From: Chiloscyllium plagiosum
Lineage: Eukaryota
Length of the DNA: 64,000 nt
Direction of reading: 5' to 3'
Assembly: GCF_004010195.1 (NCBI RefSeq)
Contig: NC_057734.1
Span: 44,229,606-44,293,605, forward strand
In this document: piece by piece, positions 39,501-52,799 of the stretch
How positions within the stretch are numbered: position 1 is the first letter of the stretch
Layout: the number at the start of each line of letters is the position of its first letter
The notes under the pieces: generated by a model
What the model saw: only the letters and a program-made list of their open reading frames with translations
Databases searched by the model: none
What the model was told of the DNA's origin: nothing
Position numbers and translations under genes: made by a program

Positions 39501-39829
39501 TATCCTATTCGGCCAGTGAGTCTGTGCTCACCCTCGGAGGAAGATCCCAGCCAGATTATCTGTGTAAATCCGCATTTACTATGGCTATCAACCTAACCTC
39601 CACATCCCCAGATACTACGCGACACTACAAGATATAAATTTCAAAGATTAATCTTGACATTATGAGAATAGTACTGAACCCTTTGTCCACGTTAATGGCA
39701 AAATTCATAACTCTTAGTTTCAGGAGTTCTAAACCATCTTTTTCTGAATTTCAGGTTAGATCTTGCCACTATCTCTGCTCTGGGCATCAGAGACCACAGT
39801 CGGTGCAGTTTCTGGCACTACAAATCTTT

Positions 39830-42800
39830 TCTCTCAAAATTATCTGAAGACTTTAATTGTCAAAATCAGAATGATGCATTGCCTCCCTGATGCCAGGATC
39901 AAGGATATCTCAGAGGGGGTGCAGAATGTTCTTAAGGTGGAGAGGGCCCAGCAGGACGTCATTGTACTCATTAGAACCAGTGACATAGGTAGGAAAGCGG
40001 ATGAGATCCTGCAGGGAGAATATAGAGGGTTAGGCCGGAATTTAAAAAGGAGGTGGTCGAGGGTAGTAATATCTGGATTACTCCCAGTGCTATGAGTTAG
40101 TGAGAGTAGGAATAGAGCCGATGAATGCATAGCTGGGGAACTGGTGCAGGGGAGAAGGGTTCACATTTTTGGATCATTGGAATCTATTCGGGTGCAGAAG
40201 GGATTTGTACAAGAAGAATGGATTATACCTGAATTAGAAGGGGTTTAATATACTGGCTGGGAGATTTGCTTGAGCAGGTCGGTGGATTTAAACGTGGGGG
40301 TGGGGCGGGAAAGGGGAGAGGTACATGGAAAGAGATTAATCTGAGATTGGTACTGTTGAGAAAAGAAGAGAGTCAAACAGTCAGGGCAGGCAGGGACAAA
40401 ACAGAGAACAAGGTAGGACTGATAAATTAAACTGCATTTATTTCAATGTAAGATGCCTAACAGGGAAAGCAGATGAACTCGGGGCATGGTTAGGAACATG
40501 GGACTGGGATGTCATAGCAATTACAGAAAGATGGCTCAGGGATGGACAGGACTGGAAACTTAATGTTCCAGGATACAAATACTATCGGAAGGACAGAAAG
40601 GGAGGCAAGAGAGATGGGGGACTGGCATTTTTGATAAGAGATAGCTTTACAGCTATACTTATGGAAAACTTTCCAGGAAATACATCCAGGGAAGTTATTT
40701 GGGTGGAACTGAGAAGTAAGAATGAGATGATTACTTTATTGGGATTGTATTATAGACCCTCTAATAGTCAGTGGGAAATTGAGAAATAAATTTGTAAGGA
40801 GATCTCAGTTATCTGCAAGAATAATAGGTTGGTTATGGTAGGGGATTTTAACTTTCCAAACATAGACTGGGAGTGCCATTGTTTTAAGGGTTTAGAAGGA
40901 AAATAATTTGTTAAGTGTGTGTAAGAAAATTTTCTGATTAGGTATGTGGATATATCGATTAAAGAAGGTGCAAAACCTGACTCACTCTTGGGAAATAAGG
41001 CAGGTCAGGTGACTGAGGTGTCACTGGGGAACACTTCGGGGCCAGCGACCATAATTCCATTAGTTTTGAAATAGTAATGGAAAAGGATAGACCATTTCTA
41101 AAAGTTGAAGTTCCAAATTGGAGGAAGGCTAATAGTAGGCAAGAACTTTCAAATGCTGATTGGGGGCAGGTGTTCACAAGTAAAGAGACGGCTGGAAAAG
41201 GGGAAGCCTTCAGAAATGAGGTAAGAAGACTCCAGAGACAGTATATTCCTGTTAGGGTGAAAGAAAAGGCTGGTAGGTATAGGAAATGTTGGATGACTAA
41301 AGAAATAGAGGGTTTGGTTAAGAAAAAGGATGCACATATCAGGTATAGACAGGATATATCGAGTGAATCCTTACAAGAGTATAAAGGCAGTAGCAGTATA
41401 CTAAAGAGGGAAACCAGGAGGACAAAAAGAGGATATGAGATAGCTTTAGCAATTAGGGTTAAGGAGAATCCGAATGGTTTTTACAAATACAAAAAGGACA
41501 AAAGGGTAAATAGGGAGAGAAGGTAACTAGGACCCCTCAAAGATCAGCAAGGCAGCCTTTCTGTGGAGACGCAGGAAATGGGAGAGATACCAAATGAGTA
41601 TTTTGCATCAAAGTTTAATGAGGAGAAGGATATGGAAGATAGAGAATGTAGGGAATTGATGGTGACAACTTGAAAAATGTCCATATTACAGAGGAGGAAG
41701 TGCTGGATGTCTGGAAATGCATAAAAGTGGTGAAATATCCAGGACCTGATCAGGTGTACCTGAGAGTTGTGTGGGAAGCCGGAGAAATGATTGCTGGGCC
41801 CCTTGCTGATAGATTAGTATCATTGACAGTCACAGATGAGGTGCCAGAAGACGACGTTGGCCAACGTGGTGTCACTATTTCAGAAGGTTGGTAAGGACAA
41901 GCCAGGGAACTATAGACCGGTGAACCTGACGTTAGTGGTGCGCATGTTGTTGGAAGGAATCCTAAGGCACATGATGTCCATGCATTTGGAAAGGCAAGGA
42001 CTGATTAGGTATAGTCAACATGGCTTTCAGCATAGGAAATCATGTTTAACGAACTTGATTGAGGTTTTTGAAAAAGTAACAAAGAGGATTGATGAGGGGC
42101 GAGTGGTGGACATGATCCAAATGGACTTCAGTAAGGCGTTCGACAAGGTTCTCCATGGGAGACTGGCTAGCAAGGTTGAACCTCATGGAGTACAAGGAGA
42201 ACTAGCCATTTGGATACAGAACTGGTTCGAAGGTAGAAGGCAGAGTTTGATGGTCGAGGTTTGCTTTTCAGACTGGAGGCCTGTGACCAGTGGAGTGCCA
42301 CAAGGATCGGTACTGGGACCACTAATTTTCATCATTTATATAAATGATTTGGATTTGAGCATAGAAGGCATAATTAGTACGTTTACAGATGACAGCAAAA
42401 TTGGAAGTGTAGTGGACAGTGAAGATGGTTACCTCAGATTACAACGGGATCTTGATCAGATGGGCCAATGGGCTGAGAAGTGGCAGATGGAGTTTAATTT
42501 AGATAAATGTGAGCTGCTGTATTTTGGGAAAGTAAATCTTGCTGCATTTTGGGAAAGGACTTATACACTTAACGCTAACTTCCTGGGGAGTGTTGCTGAA
42601 CAAATAGACCTTGGAGTGCAGGTTCCTAGCTCCTTGAATGCAGAGTCACAGGTAGATAGGATCGTGAAGAAGGTGTTTGGTATGCTTTCCTTTATTGGTC
42701 AGAATATTGAGTACAGGTGTTAGGATGTCATGTTGTAGCTGTACAGGACATTGATTAGACCATCTTTGGAATATTACATGAAATTCTGGTCTACTTACTA

Positions 42801-43312
42801 TAGGAAAGATGTTGTGAAACTTGCAAGGGTTCAGAAAAGATTTACAAAGATTTTGTCAGGGTTGGAGGATTTGAGTTATAGGAAGACATTGAATAGGCTT
42901 GAGCTGCTTTCCCTGAAGCATTGGAGGCTGAGCAGTTACCTTATGGAGGTTTATAAAATCATGAGGGGCATGGATAGCATAAATAGACATAGCCTTTCCC
43001 CTGTGGTGGGGGAGTCCAGAACCAGATGATATAGGTTTAGGGTGAGAGGAGAAAGATATAGAAGAGACCTAAGGGGCAACGTTTTCTTGCAAACGATTGT
43101 GCGTGTATGGAATGAGCTGCCAGAGGAAGTGGTGGAGGCTGGTACATTTGCAACATTTAAAAGGCATCTGGATAGGAATAGGAATAGGAGGGTTTTGGAG
43201 GGATATGGTGGGGGTGCTGGCAAGTAGGCTAGGTTTGGTTGGGATAGCTGGTCAGCATGGATGAGTTGGACTGCAGAGTCTGTTTCCGTGCTGTACATCT
43301 CTATGACTCTAT
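39830..43312 (+). mobile_element. Long CR1/HER1 LINE: ORF1 esterase region + ORF2 endonuclease/RT, broken
   Basis: CLPDARIKDI...VVISGLLPV (SGNH-like ORF1); KLNCIYFN; 295-aa RT piece 41836-42723 with QGSVLGP and FTDD; 3' tail. Confidence 0.95.
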
Positions 43313-44509
43313 CACCTTGCTTATTTTGCAGCAGGGTAAATCAAAAGCTCATGATGTCCAATTCTGTAAAGACTTTGATGAGAAAAAGCTTAAGTAGAAA
43401 CTATGCTATTAAAAAAAAAACTTCTTCACACTCAACGTGAATGTTGAATGGAATGTTTCCCATTCACAGCCGTCATTATTAAGTCTGATACAGGACTACA
43501 TCGGTAAACTGCTACAAGTAAGAATGGGAATTATAATGGTCAGAAACAGTGCAAATAAAATACTGGTTGATTTCTGGCAGAATCAAATACAACAACAGTG
43601 TGGAGTGGAGTCTGTTTAATAGGAAGAGATATGTTTCAGTGACAAAACACTGTGCTTGGACTCCAGAGTAAAAATAAAGCCGACATTAAGTGTCTGAGAT
43701 AAGGATAAATTTCTTCGCTTAGTCTTTCAAAAGGTACACTTGAGGAGGTAATGGATGTATCATTGTTGACATATAATTTCAGACATATAATTTCTGTTGT
43801 GAATGAAGAAATATGAGTTTAGGGCAGGGAATGGAATTGAGTTAGAACATCAGAGAGGTCATCGTTGAATTGTGAAACATGTTCCAGGCCCAAATTATGA
43901 TGTTAGTATTTTCTTAGGCTCTACATCTTGATTCCAATCAGTGTCATTGGGTGTCTGAGTCAAAAAAAATCTCCCACTTTGACCAGAAGTGCCTCAGTGG
44001 AGCAAACCTAAGCAAACCAAAATATTTGTTTCCCACATATAGAAGCATTGGAGCAAGATAACACAACTAAAGCTAATTTAATGTGTAAATGGTAAAGCAG
44101 ATAAAACAATGTGAAGGGAAAAAGAAAAACAGTTGTCTTTCGTCTAAAACCAAATGAACTGTGGATACTGGAAAGCAGAAGTACAAACAGAAATTGCTGG
44201 CTGGGGAATCTTTACAGTTTTGGCAGCTTGAGTGGACAGAAATCAGAATGAATGTTTTGGGTCCAATGACCGTTCCTCAGAATAGTTCTATCTTTGTTCT
44301 TAACCAACGTTCTGGGAGATTCAAAGTGGGGATTTATTTTCTCAAACGAGAATTTTTACCATCACAGGTTTCTCTATTCATTATTTCTATGATATAACTA
44401 TTACAAAATGAAGAATTGGTTGTATTATTCAACAAAATTTAATTCTGCAGTGGTCACAGATCAGATATACATTGATAAGCTCATCACGGTGACAGGCACA
44501 GATTTGTAA

Positions 44510-45440
44510 ATTGGAGCGCTGCAATGGCCACCTGTATTCAGTTGAACGAACTCTGCACCTCGAGAACTCCAGTGATAACCTTGAAACCCATAACTCATTT
44601 TACTTAACTGTCCAGATTCATGTGCAAATATACATATTTCTTGGTCCTCTTGAAGACAATACTTATCTTCATGTTGCATCTCTATGCGACAGTGTGAAAG
44701 ATCCCAGAGTTTGAATAGGGCTGAAGAGTACTTAAGATAAAGGCATCGTCCTTCCAAATGTTAACTGGAGGGTATCGCTGTTTGCCAGGAATGAGTGTGT
44801 TCACATCAGAGAAATAATGCATGGGTTAAATTCATGAAGCCGAATCTGGTAACTGATGTTGCGTTTTCTGATGATATTGAGGAAGGATATCATGCCACGA
44901 TCAATGGACAATTTCCCTAAAGAGCATTTCTTAAGTATGTCCACGAACAATTTCAAACAGAAATGACTTTTATACCACAGGGATGTTATTTTCAACCAGA
45001 CTGCCTTCTGATGTTCAATGGTAAGTTTATAGTCCAAGAGTGATATGAGCAATGTCTGAGAGCTGGCACTCGGCCACTACAATGTGGAGGTCAATGTGCC
45101 AGGCTTCAATTGCGCCACTTTGTCGTCAGTCTTGATTACAAAGTCAGGGTTGGAACTGAGAGCATGAAGCGCAGTTATTTGAGAGGAAGAGAGGTTTGAA
45201 TGGGTGAGGAGCATCGGAGAAATGAAGGAAATCAATGTATTTCAAGTGGACCATTGAAAATGCCCAGAGGCATGGATGTTCCGTTTCACGTGGACTGTCA
45301 GTGCCATTAACGCGGCATTTTGCATGGGCTCAGGCATGTCCTCCAGTAAGGTACACATATCATCGACTACCTCCCTGTAGAGGGGTCATCTTCGGAAACG
45401 CAGTTGATTAACTCAACTTTGGGGTATATCTTTTCTGGAG
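44510..45440 (-). mobile_element. Second copy of Harbinger transposase relic, split by ~520-bp insert (44715-45230)
   Basis: Aligns to 34330-34760; FRR*PLYREVVDDMCTLLED. Confidence 0.65.
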
Positions 45441-46734
45441 ACTATTTCATTGCTCTCTGTGTCCTTTTCGTTGTGTTCCCATATCAAGGCACTTCTCCCT
45501 ATTGGCTGTCAGGTAACTCATCTTCCAATGCCATTTCTTTGCGTTCTCTCTCTCTGCTGGTTCTTTTCTTTTTCAAAGGCCCAAAGCTTGGTTAAATGAG
45601 GCACATGACCGGTGATCTACCTTAGTCTCCAATTCCTCTTATTCAAATGACCTTGGATGCCTTTCCTCACTGTCCTGGTATTACTTCAGCTCATGTCCTA
45701 GTGCCCAAAAAGAATAATGGTGGCACTGTCTTCAATTACCAGCACATATTTCCTCAGCTTCTAACATTACTGCTTTGGAAAGCTACACTGACTCTCATGA
45801 TGTGTGTCATTTGAATCTGGCATTGAATTTTCATTTGTTTTGGTTCTCTTTCCATTTGGGAGGCCCGAGATTCTGTAGATTCCTTGAAATATCATAGGAT
45901 GCTCAAATCAGTTTCACTGATTTATAAACCATGGTAAATGTAGTTGTGGTCTTAAGTTTGCTTTCCAGGCGACTATTGATAATCTATGACTCCTTCCAGG
46001 AAAAGTCAGGGACATATAGAGACTGAGATTTAGATGAGCGTCTAATTAAAACAAAATTTGTAGACAGTAGGATTCAGCACAGAGGTTGGTCACTTGAGAG
46101 AATGAAATCCTTTTCCAAGCAGAGAAATTCGAGAGGGCTCAAGATAAAGGTATTATCTTTCCAAATGTTTAGTTGGAAGATATCTCTGTTTGCCAGGAAT
46201 ATGTGTGTTCACATCAGAGAAATAATGGACAGATTAAATTCATGAAGCTGAGTCTGGGAACTGATGTGTTTTCTGATGACGTTGAGGAAGGTCAGCATTT
46301 GGATAAGAAATAGAATGGGTATGATAATTATTATTCATGACTGTCTGTTGTTTTCTGTTTATACAGCATCACATATTGCCGTTTAACAACCCCTCACCAT
46401 ATTTGCATGTTTCAAGCAGACGTTCTTCATCTTATGCATTTAATCATCTCCTAGAGACATTTAGTGGAAAGGAAAACGATTATTTACATTGCTAAACTAA
46501 CTCCAGATCCCACACCTTCCCATTTTCGGTGTTAACCTCTATAGTACTTTGTGTCCTGGGAAAAGTTTAAGCCAATTCATACTCTCAGACATTTTAAATC
46601 CATCAGTTCAGGCATATTCTGATGCAACTCCAGAGCAGGTAGCTGTGAACCTGCAGCTTCTAGTCCTGCGCTGTCGCCAATGTATCAGAGCACTATCGCG
46701 CAGTTAATTCACATATTATTGTAACATGCCTTCA

Positions 46735-47003
46735 TAGAATCCCTACAGTGTGGAAACAGGCCCTTCCGCCCAACAAATTTGCACCGGCCTTCCGAAGAGT
46801 AACCCACCCCTCTAGCTTACTACTCTACATTTTGCCCCTGATTAATGCACGTATCATGGCCAATTTACCGAACCCACATATATTTGGATTATAGGAGGAA
46901 ACTACACAGAAACTGGGAGAATGTGCATACTCTACATTGCCCGAGGCTGGAATCGAACCTTGGCGCTGTGAGGCAGCAGTGTTAACTGCTGAGCCACCAT
47001 GTA
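46735..47003 (-). mobile_element. HE1-type SINE, decayed
   Basis: Matches the other copies. Confidence 0.85.
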
Positions 47004-50000
47004 CCATCCTAACAAAGAGTGTTGCTTGTTCTTCACTCTGTACACACTTTATAGGAGACAGGAGTTATGTTCCCAGAACTTACACTCTATTTCCTATGAT
47101 TTTCGAATGGATCTGATACTACCTATTTGCTGGATTGATCAATTGAACAAAATTGCCTTGAAAGTTTTAAATATCTGTAACAATTTTAATGGTTACTAAT
47201 ATTAAGCGGACAAAGAGTTCAGTCTTTAAGGTGCCACTGTGCAAACTCAGGAGGAAATCTAGACAGAATGCAATTGTCTGTAACTTTACCACCAAATTTA
47301 AAATAGAACAGCACAATGAATAAAAGTTCTGGTGAAAAGAAATCACTTTCTTCTGTGCCTAATATTTTGATCCTAGGTCAACCTTCAATCTCTACTTTCT
47401 ACAGACTTAATCCTCGTGGAGAGATGAGAGGTGCACTTCTTAAGGCTTTCTGTCTCCTTTGTGCCAACTTCTCTGCAAACTGAAGGAAGGCAATTCAAGT
47501 CAGTAAAATATCCGAGCAATATTCAGGAACTGCATCGAAGTACAGTATAGTGAAGGGCTATGCAACAGGCGTGTGAGCTCATTTCCATTGACTTTCAGTT
47601 ATTTTGTTGTATGCGATATAACAAACAGAGCGTTGTTTGCCGAAGTGCACCGCAGTTTCTGCCTAATGTTTAATTGCGCATTTTATCCTTGCTACACCAC
47701 AACCTTGCAAAATTCCAATTCCTTTCTTAAACCATATTTTTGGCATTATACCTTAGTGTTGTTACTCCTTTATATTTGCATATACTTCCTGTTGCCTTCC
47801 TTCCTTATTTTTTACTTTCTTATTCTGGTTTATAACTGCATTAAGAATGCAAGCAAAACTGGTAGCGCTGCTGTAGTACTTAGTTTACAACATACGTTTT
47901 TTTTCCATCTCGAGTGGACGATTCTGTTATCCGTCCACTGATCCTGACAATTGAGGATAAATTGGTCCTGCAGAATTTAAAGATTTGTCCCAATCTCAAT
48001 GTTAACTTATTCAAAGCCGACAAAGGATTCACACATTAAAGGGCATTTCGAGTTAATACTTCAAGGTTATGGTTACAAATCTCTTTAGCAATAAGTGTTA
48101 TCTCTGTAGCAACTGAACCAACTCACACAGTTGTCAGGGCTACCCTAGTATTTGTTTGCATATTTTCCAAATTCTACATTGTATTAGTTCCAGCTTCAAT
48201 TTGTCTTCCCAATTCCTCACAGTGGGGTTGACCAATGAGTGATTAGTCCAGGAATAGCTGGTCAGGTATCTACTACATAAGACCAGCTGGCTGTTTGAAA
48301 GCTGCTAGCTGACACTGTCACAGTAATCAAGCATAAACAAAACATGCGCCCCCCATCCCTCCATGTGTTGCAATGCGCGTAAAGATAGGGGAGGCAATGG
48401 CGCCTTGGTATTGCCTCTAGACACGTGATCCGAAAATCCAGGGAATGCTCTGTGAACCTGGTTTTGATAGCATGACAGATGGTGGACTTTTTAAAACTTT
48501 GGAGTTGAATACCGCATGATGACTGTTTGGATTTCTTAGGTAGGAATACTACCGTCCTTCTCTGCTTGATCTGCGCCCAGTTTCAGACAACGTAGATTTT
48601 CCTTTCATGGTTAATCAATAATGTTTGCTTTGAAGTAGGTGCTTTTAATGTCAACTCATTGATCAAAACGCTATATTTTTTTTATTTCAGAATATCTCAG
48701 ATATGAGCTGTACATTTGAAATTCACCTTGACACCAATAGAATCTCGATGTATTGTTAGTCCATGTTGCTTTCAGACTGATTTCCAAAAGAGTAATTGCT
48801 GCATTAATTTCTGCACTTCACAAAATCAGTGAAAGCGTTCAAAAAATTATAAAATGTAAAATGAAGGCAGACCTGTTCATGTCTAAAGGAGAATAATTCA
48901 AATACAGAAAGGTAATAGCAAACATATTTGAACGCTGAGTTAGCCCATTCTTGGAGTAATATGCATACAATTAACATTGGTCTTGAAACACGAAGCCGTA
49001 TGCAGCCTGTGTCAGGCACTGTTTTCCTGGAGTTTGTGTCGGGTTGTCAGCTTTTCAACGCCAGACACCGAAAAATAAGGGTTTGTCTCAACACCCTGAG
49101 CATGGCATTTCCTGTGAACATACCACTATATCCAGCTAACGATGTGAACAGTGAGAATGAATGCAATTAAAGTGAAACAGCCTCACGCCTCACATAAAAA
49201 GGTTGCAGCTTTGCAGCATATAATTCATATGCACCACTTTACCGACTGTTCTGCGTGTGTAAAAACTTTATCAAAGAAGCATTAAGTGATCTATGTGTAC
49301 AGGCAGATAGCCACGATCATTCACTGACAGAGGCTGTGTAGATAATCACCACCCTGAGGGTTCACATCATAGGATGATCCTCAGCATTCGGAATGTATCT
49401 ATAATATCAAGAGGTCATATTGCCGACTTTTTAAAATGCATTTTGTTATATTTAAGAAAACAGGCAAATAATTAATCTAACAATCAGACCAAACTTAAAG
49501 CAAGGCAGGGTCTTTAATTTTCCAGGGCTGTTGATTAGGCTGTGGATCCAGCGCCCCAAATGTTGCAATTGATCGCTTGCATGTTGCTTTGCAAACTCTG
49601 GCAAAAACCAAACCCTCAACGATATCAGCAGGTGGACCTTCCAAACTCAAAATGTTGGCATTAGAGATGTTCTACCCTTTTCTTCGGCAAGGCGAACGCT
49701 GTGTGGCGACTTGATAAAAGTTTTCAAAATCATGAGTTGTGCGGGCAGAACTAATAACGAGAAAGACGCTCACTTGCAAAAATATCGACAAACCACAGGG
49801 CACATCCTAAACCAGTCAAAGAAAATGATCTAACTATTCTCATCCCATTTCCCAGCATGCGGCCTGTAACCTTAAATGCCTTGGTATCTAAATACGTCTT
49901 AAATCTTGAGACGTTTTCAGTTTCTAGCACCCTCACAGGCAGTGAGTTCCAGACTCCCATCGCGCTCAGAATGAAAAAAATTTTCTCAGATTTCTCTAAA

Positions 50001-50403
50001 TCTCCTGCCTCTTACCATGTTTGAAGTGTACTGTCTGGATGTCTGCGGGAACAAGTTCGACTAAGACATTCAACAGGACATTATTAGATTATTTAAATAG
50101 AAGGACCGAGCAGGGAAAACGTGGTAAGGAAATGGCAAGCATGAAGTCAAAATGCCCAGACAGCCAAAGGCGGACACCATGGGTCGAATGGCTTCCTCCC
50201 GCACCATTCCTATGCTGCCAGTCTACAGTTTATGAAATATTATTTAGATAATTTCCATGTCAATACACAATATGGTGAAAATTGTTGCAATTCCTTCTTG
50301 ATTTTTGCAACCAGTCGCACACAACTCATTTATTCGTTACATTTGGCATTAGACATTTGAGTGACAAAGTCGCATGCATTCCTATTTTATTGTATCAAAA
50401 CCA

Positions 50404-51619
50404 GACAGAGTTATAACACCATTGATTTAACAATCCATTGGCCCAAGATAATTTTCTGCCAACAGGGTTCAAATCGTGGTGCTCTGCAGAAACTCCAAAG
50501 GTTCCAGCAATAGCATGTCCCAAGTCCATAGTGCTCTCATTAGAACAAAGAAAGAAGGAAAATCATCTGCAAGCTTTCCTCCAAGTGATTTCAGGGCTAC
50601 ACATGCAAGTTGTAGGGAAATGTGATAGTGATTGTGCAATGCTCTAAGTTCGACTTTCCTCGAAAATTATGCAAAAATAGCTGACCAATAAGTTGACCAA
50701 GAGCCACTCTAAGATGGCAGTGTTTTGGTGCCCGATGGTGTCTTGATTCCGCTGGTAAGGGCAGTGAGTGCCTTTTGGCAATCATGGGCAGTTCTATGTA
50801 AATCAAAATCAACAAGCAGTGAGTGTTACTTCCTTTTCAGTTGACAGTCCTATTCCACTGACATAAATGAATATTTTTGATGATGATCCTTGCACAAAAA
50901 TTAATATTTCTTTGCTTCCTTAATTCAGTGCTCGTGAAGTGGAATCAGAAGTCACAATTTGAAATACTATGTGTTTCTTTTGATCTTATGTGCTATCTTT
51001 TTTTTCTGCCGGCTGCTTAATGTGTTGTGGCAGTCAATTAGTTGTATCATGCATTGCCTTTTTACCTGGCTTCCTCTAGTATGATGCTGAAGTATAAAGT
51101 TTTAACTGTCTTTACAAAGTTCTACACTCTAATTTCTATCTGGCGTAGCATCATACACTGTTTTCATTGGATTCACATTGTTGATCACTCCTCTGCGCAC
51201 ATAGTGATCCAGGAAGCTCTCGTGCTCCGATCACCAGGAATTTCCTGGAGCTACCTTCAACTCCACATTTCTAAGGATGTTCAGAAGAAGCTGGACCACA
51301 ACGGATTAATATAATCCTGTCGGTTAAACACCATCATCGTGCAATTTATGGAAGAGTACTTAGGGCCCAGAGAAATTCACGCTCTACATTCCATAGTCTT
51401 GATAGGACGTCAATTCTGTTACTACAACTCCTATGCTCTTTCCCAATTTGATAATCATACACTTAATTAGCAGTGTCTGTACATTAACGCAAAAAAGCAG
51501 TACTTTCTAGATTACATATATTATGTCCATTATGCAGGGGCAACGGTGACAGAGTTATAACACCATTGATTTAACAATCCATAGGCCCAAGATAATTTTC
51601 TGCCAACAAGGCTCAAATC
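50404..51619. repeat. Dispersed 72-bp direct repeat (50404-50475 / 51548-51619)
   Basis: 3 mismatches in 72 nt. Confidence 0.92.
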
Positions 51620-51949
51620 CCAAAAAGGTATCTTGCTGTGGAATTCTAACTCAATTGGTAAAGTGTGGACTTGAAAATATCATTGATAATTGGTAATACA
51701 TATCTATTACAGTAATATCCTCCAGGGAAGGAAAACCTATCTGGGTTGATCTACTTGTGAAACCAGATCTATGGAAACGTAGTTAGCTCTCAGCAGCCAA
51801 ATGAAATAGCTGAGCAAACGATTAGGGATGGACAACAAATGTTTGCTTTGCTAGTGATGTTCTCTTCCCAATGAAAAATAAGTAAATAAGATGTACAAAA
51901 TTGTCATCAGGTTCACGATAGCCTTGAATGCCCGATCATTCATAGTTAA

Positions 51950-52140
51950 GGTTTCCTCCCACAGTCCAAAAATGTGCAGGTGAGGTGAATTGGCCATGCT
52001 AAATTGCCCGTAGTATTAGGTGAAGGGGTAAATGTAGGGGAATGGGTTTGGGTGGGTTGCGCTTCGGCGGGTCGGTGTGGATCTGTTGGGCCGAAGGACC
52101 TGTTTCCACACTGTAAATAATCTAATCTAATCTAATCTAA
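51950..52140 (+). mobile_element. 5'-truncated HE1-type SINE with (TCTAA)n tail
   Basis: Matches the 3' half of 60972-61285. Confidence 0.9.
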
Positions 52141-52799
52141 ACATCTGACTTGCATCTCAAACGTAGCAGCATGTCACCTCCTTATCTGTCAGCTGGAAGG
52201 CGGTGATGATGTCGATCTGTAATAAGCTATTCCGCCATTAGGTGGTGATATTGTATCACATATGTTTGTCAAGTAGGACTGTGTGAAAGACTCTTTGAAA
52301 TCCTGCTGCAAAATACATGACGTTCACAATATAAAAACCACTTAAATAGCACAATTATATTAAGATTATCTATAATTGTTTGCTTAAGTCCTTTGATATT
52401 TCACGAATTGTCCATAACTCCATTGCTTAAATTTGGTCCGTGAAATCTCAACGGCATCCAAAACGTGTGTTAGACCACATCACACTGAATCAATAAGATG
52501 AGACATTAGAACTATCTCGCGTATTTAACAATTTATAACTTTATATCGTAGTTTCCAGATTTTCGATGTTAAGCGCCCAATGTGACCGTTTCATCTCTAC
52601 GCATGCTCTCTCATCATTACTCCTTCATTAATGTGTGCAGTAATACGCTTTAATAGCAGCCAGCTGTTGGATTTTGATATTAAACATTGACCCATATTGC
52701 TGACTCTATCCACAGGCATCAGCCTACTTTTTAACGAGAACATATTGGACAACTGCACAGGGCAGAAACAGAGATCCAACTTCACATCAAGGATCCCTC

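Noticed and set aside
41836-42723. 295-aa ORF as a host gene
   Set aside because: Fragment of a CR1 ORF2 with stops and frameshifts on both sides
46401-47781. Isolated ATTTGCAT octamers (46401, 47774) as additional Ig promoters
   Set aside because: No leader exon or V found downstream; a few chance hits are expected in 64 kb of AT-rich DNA
20923-48224. Other CACAGTG/CACTGTG hits (20923, 23266, 43648, 48218)
   Set aside because: No nonamer and no adjacent V or J sequence; expected by chance
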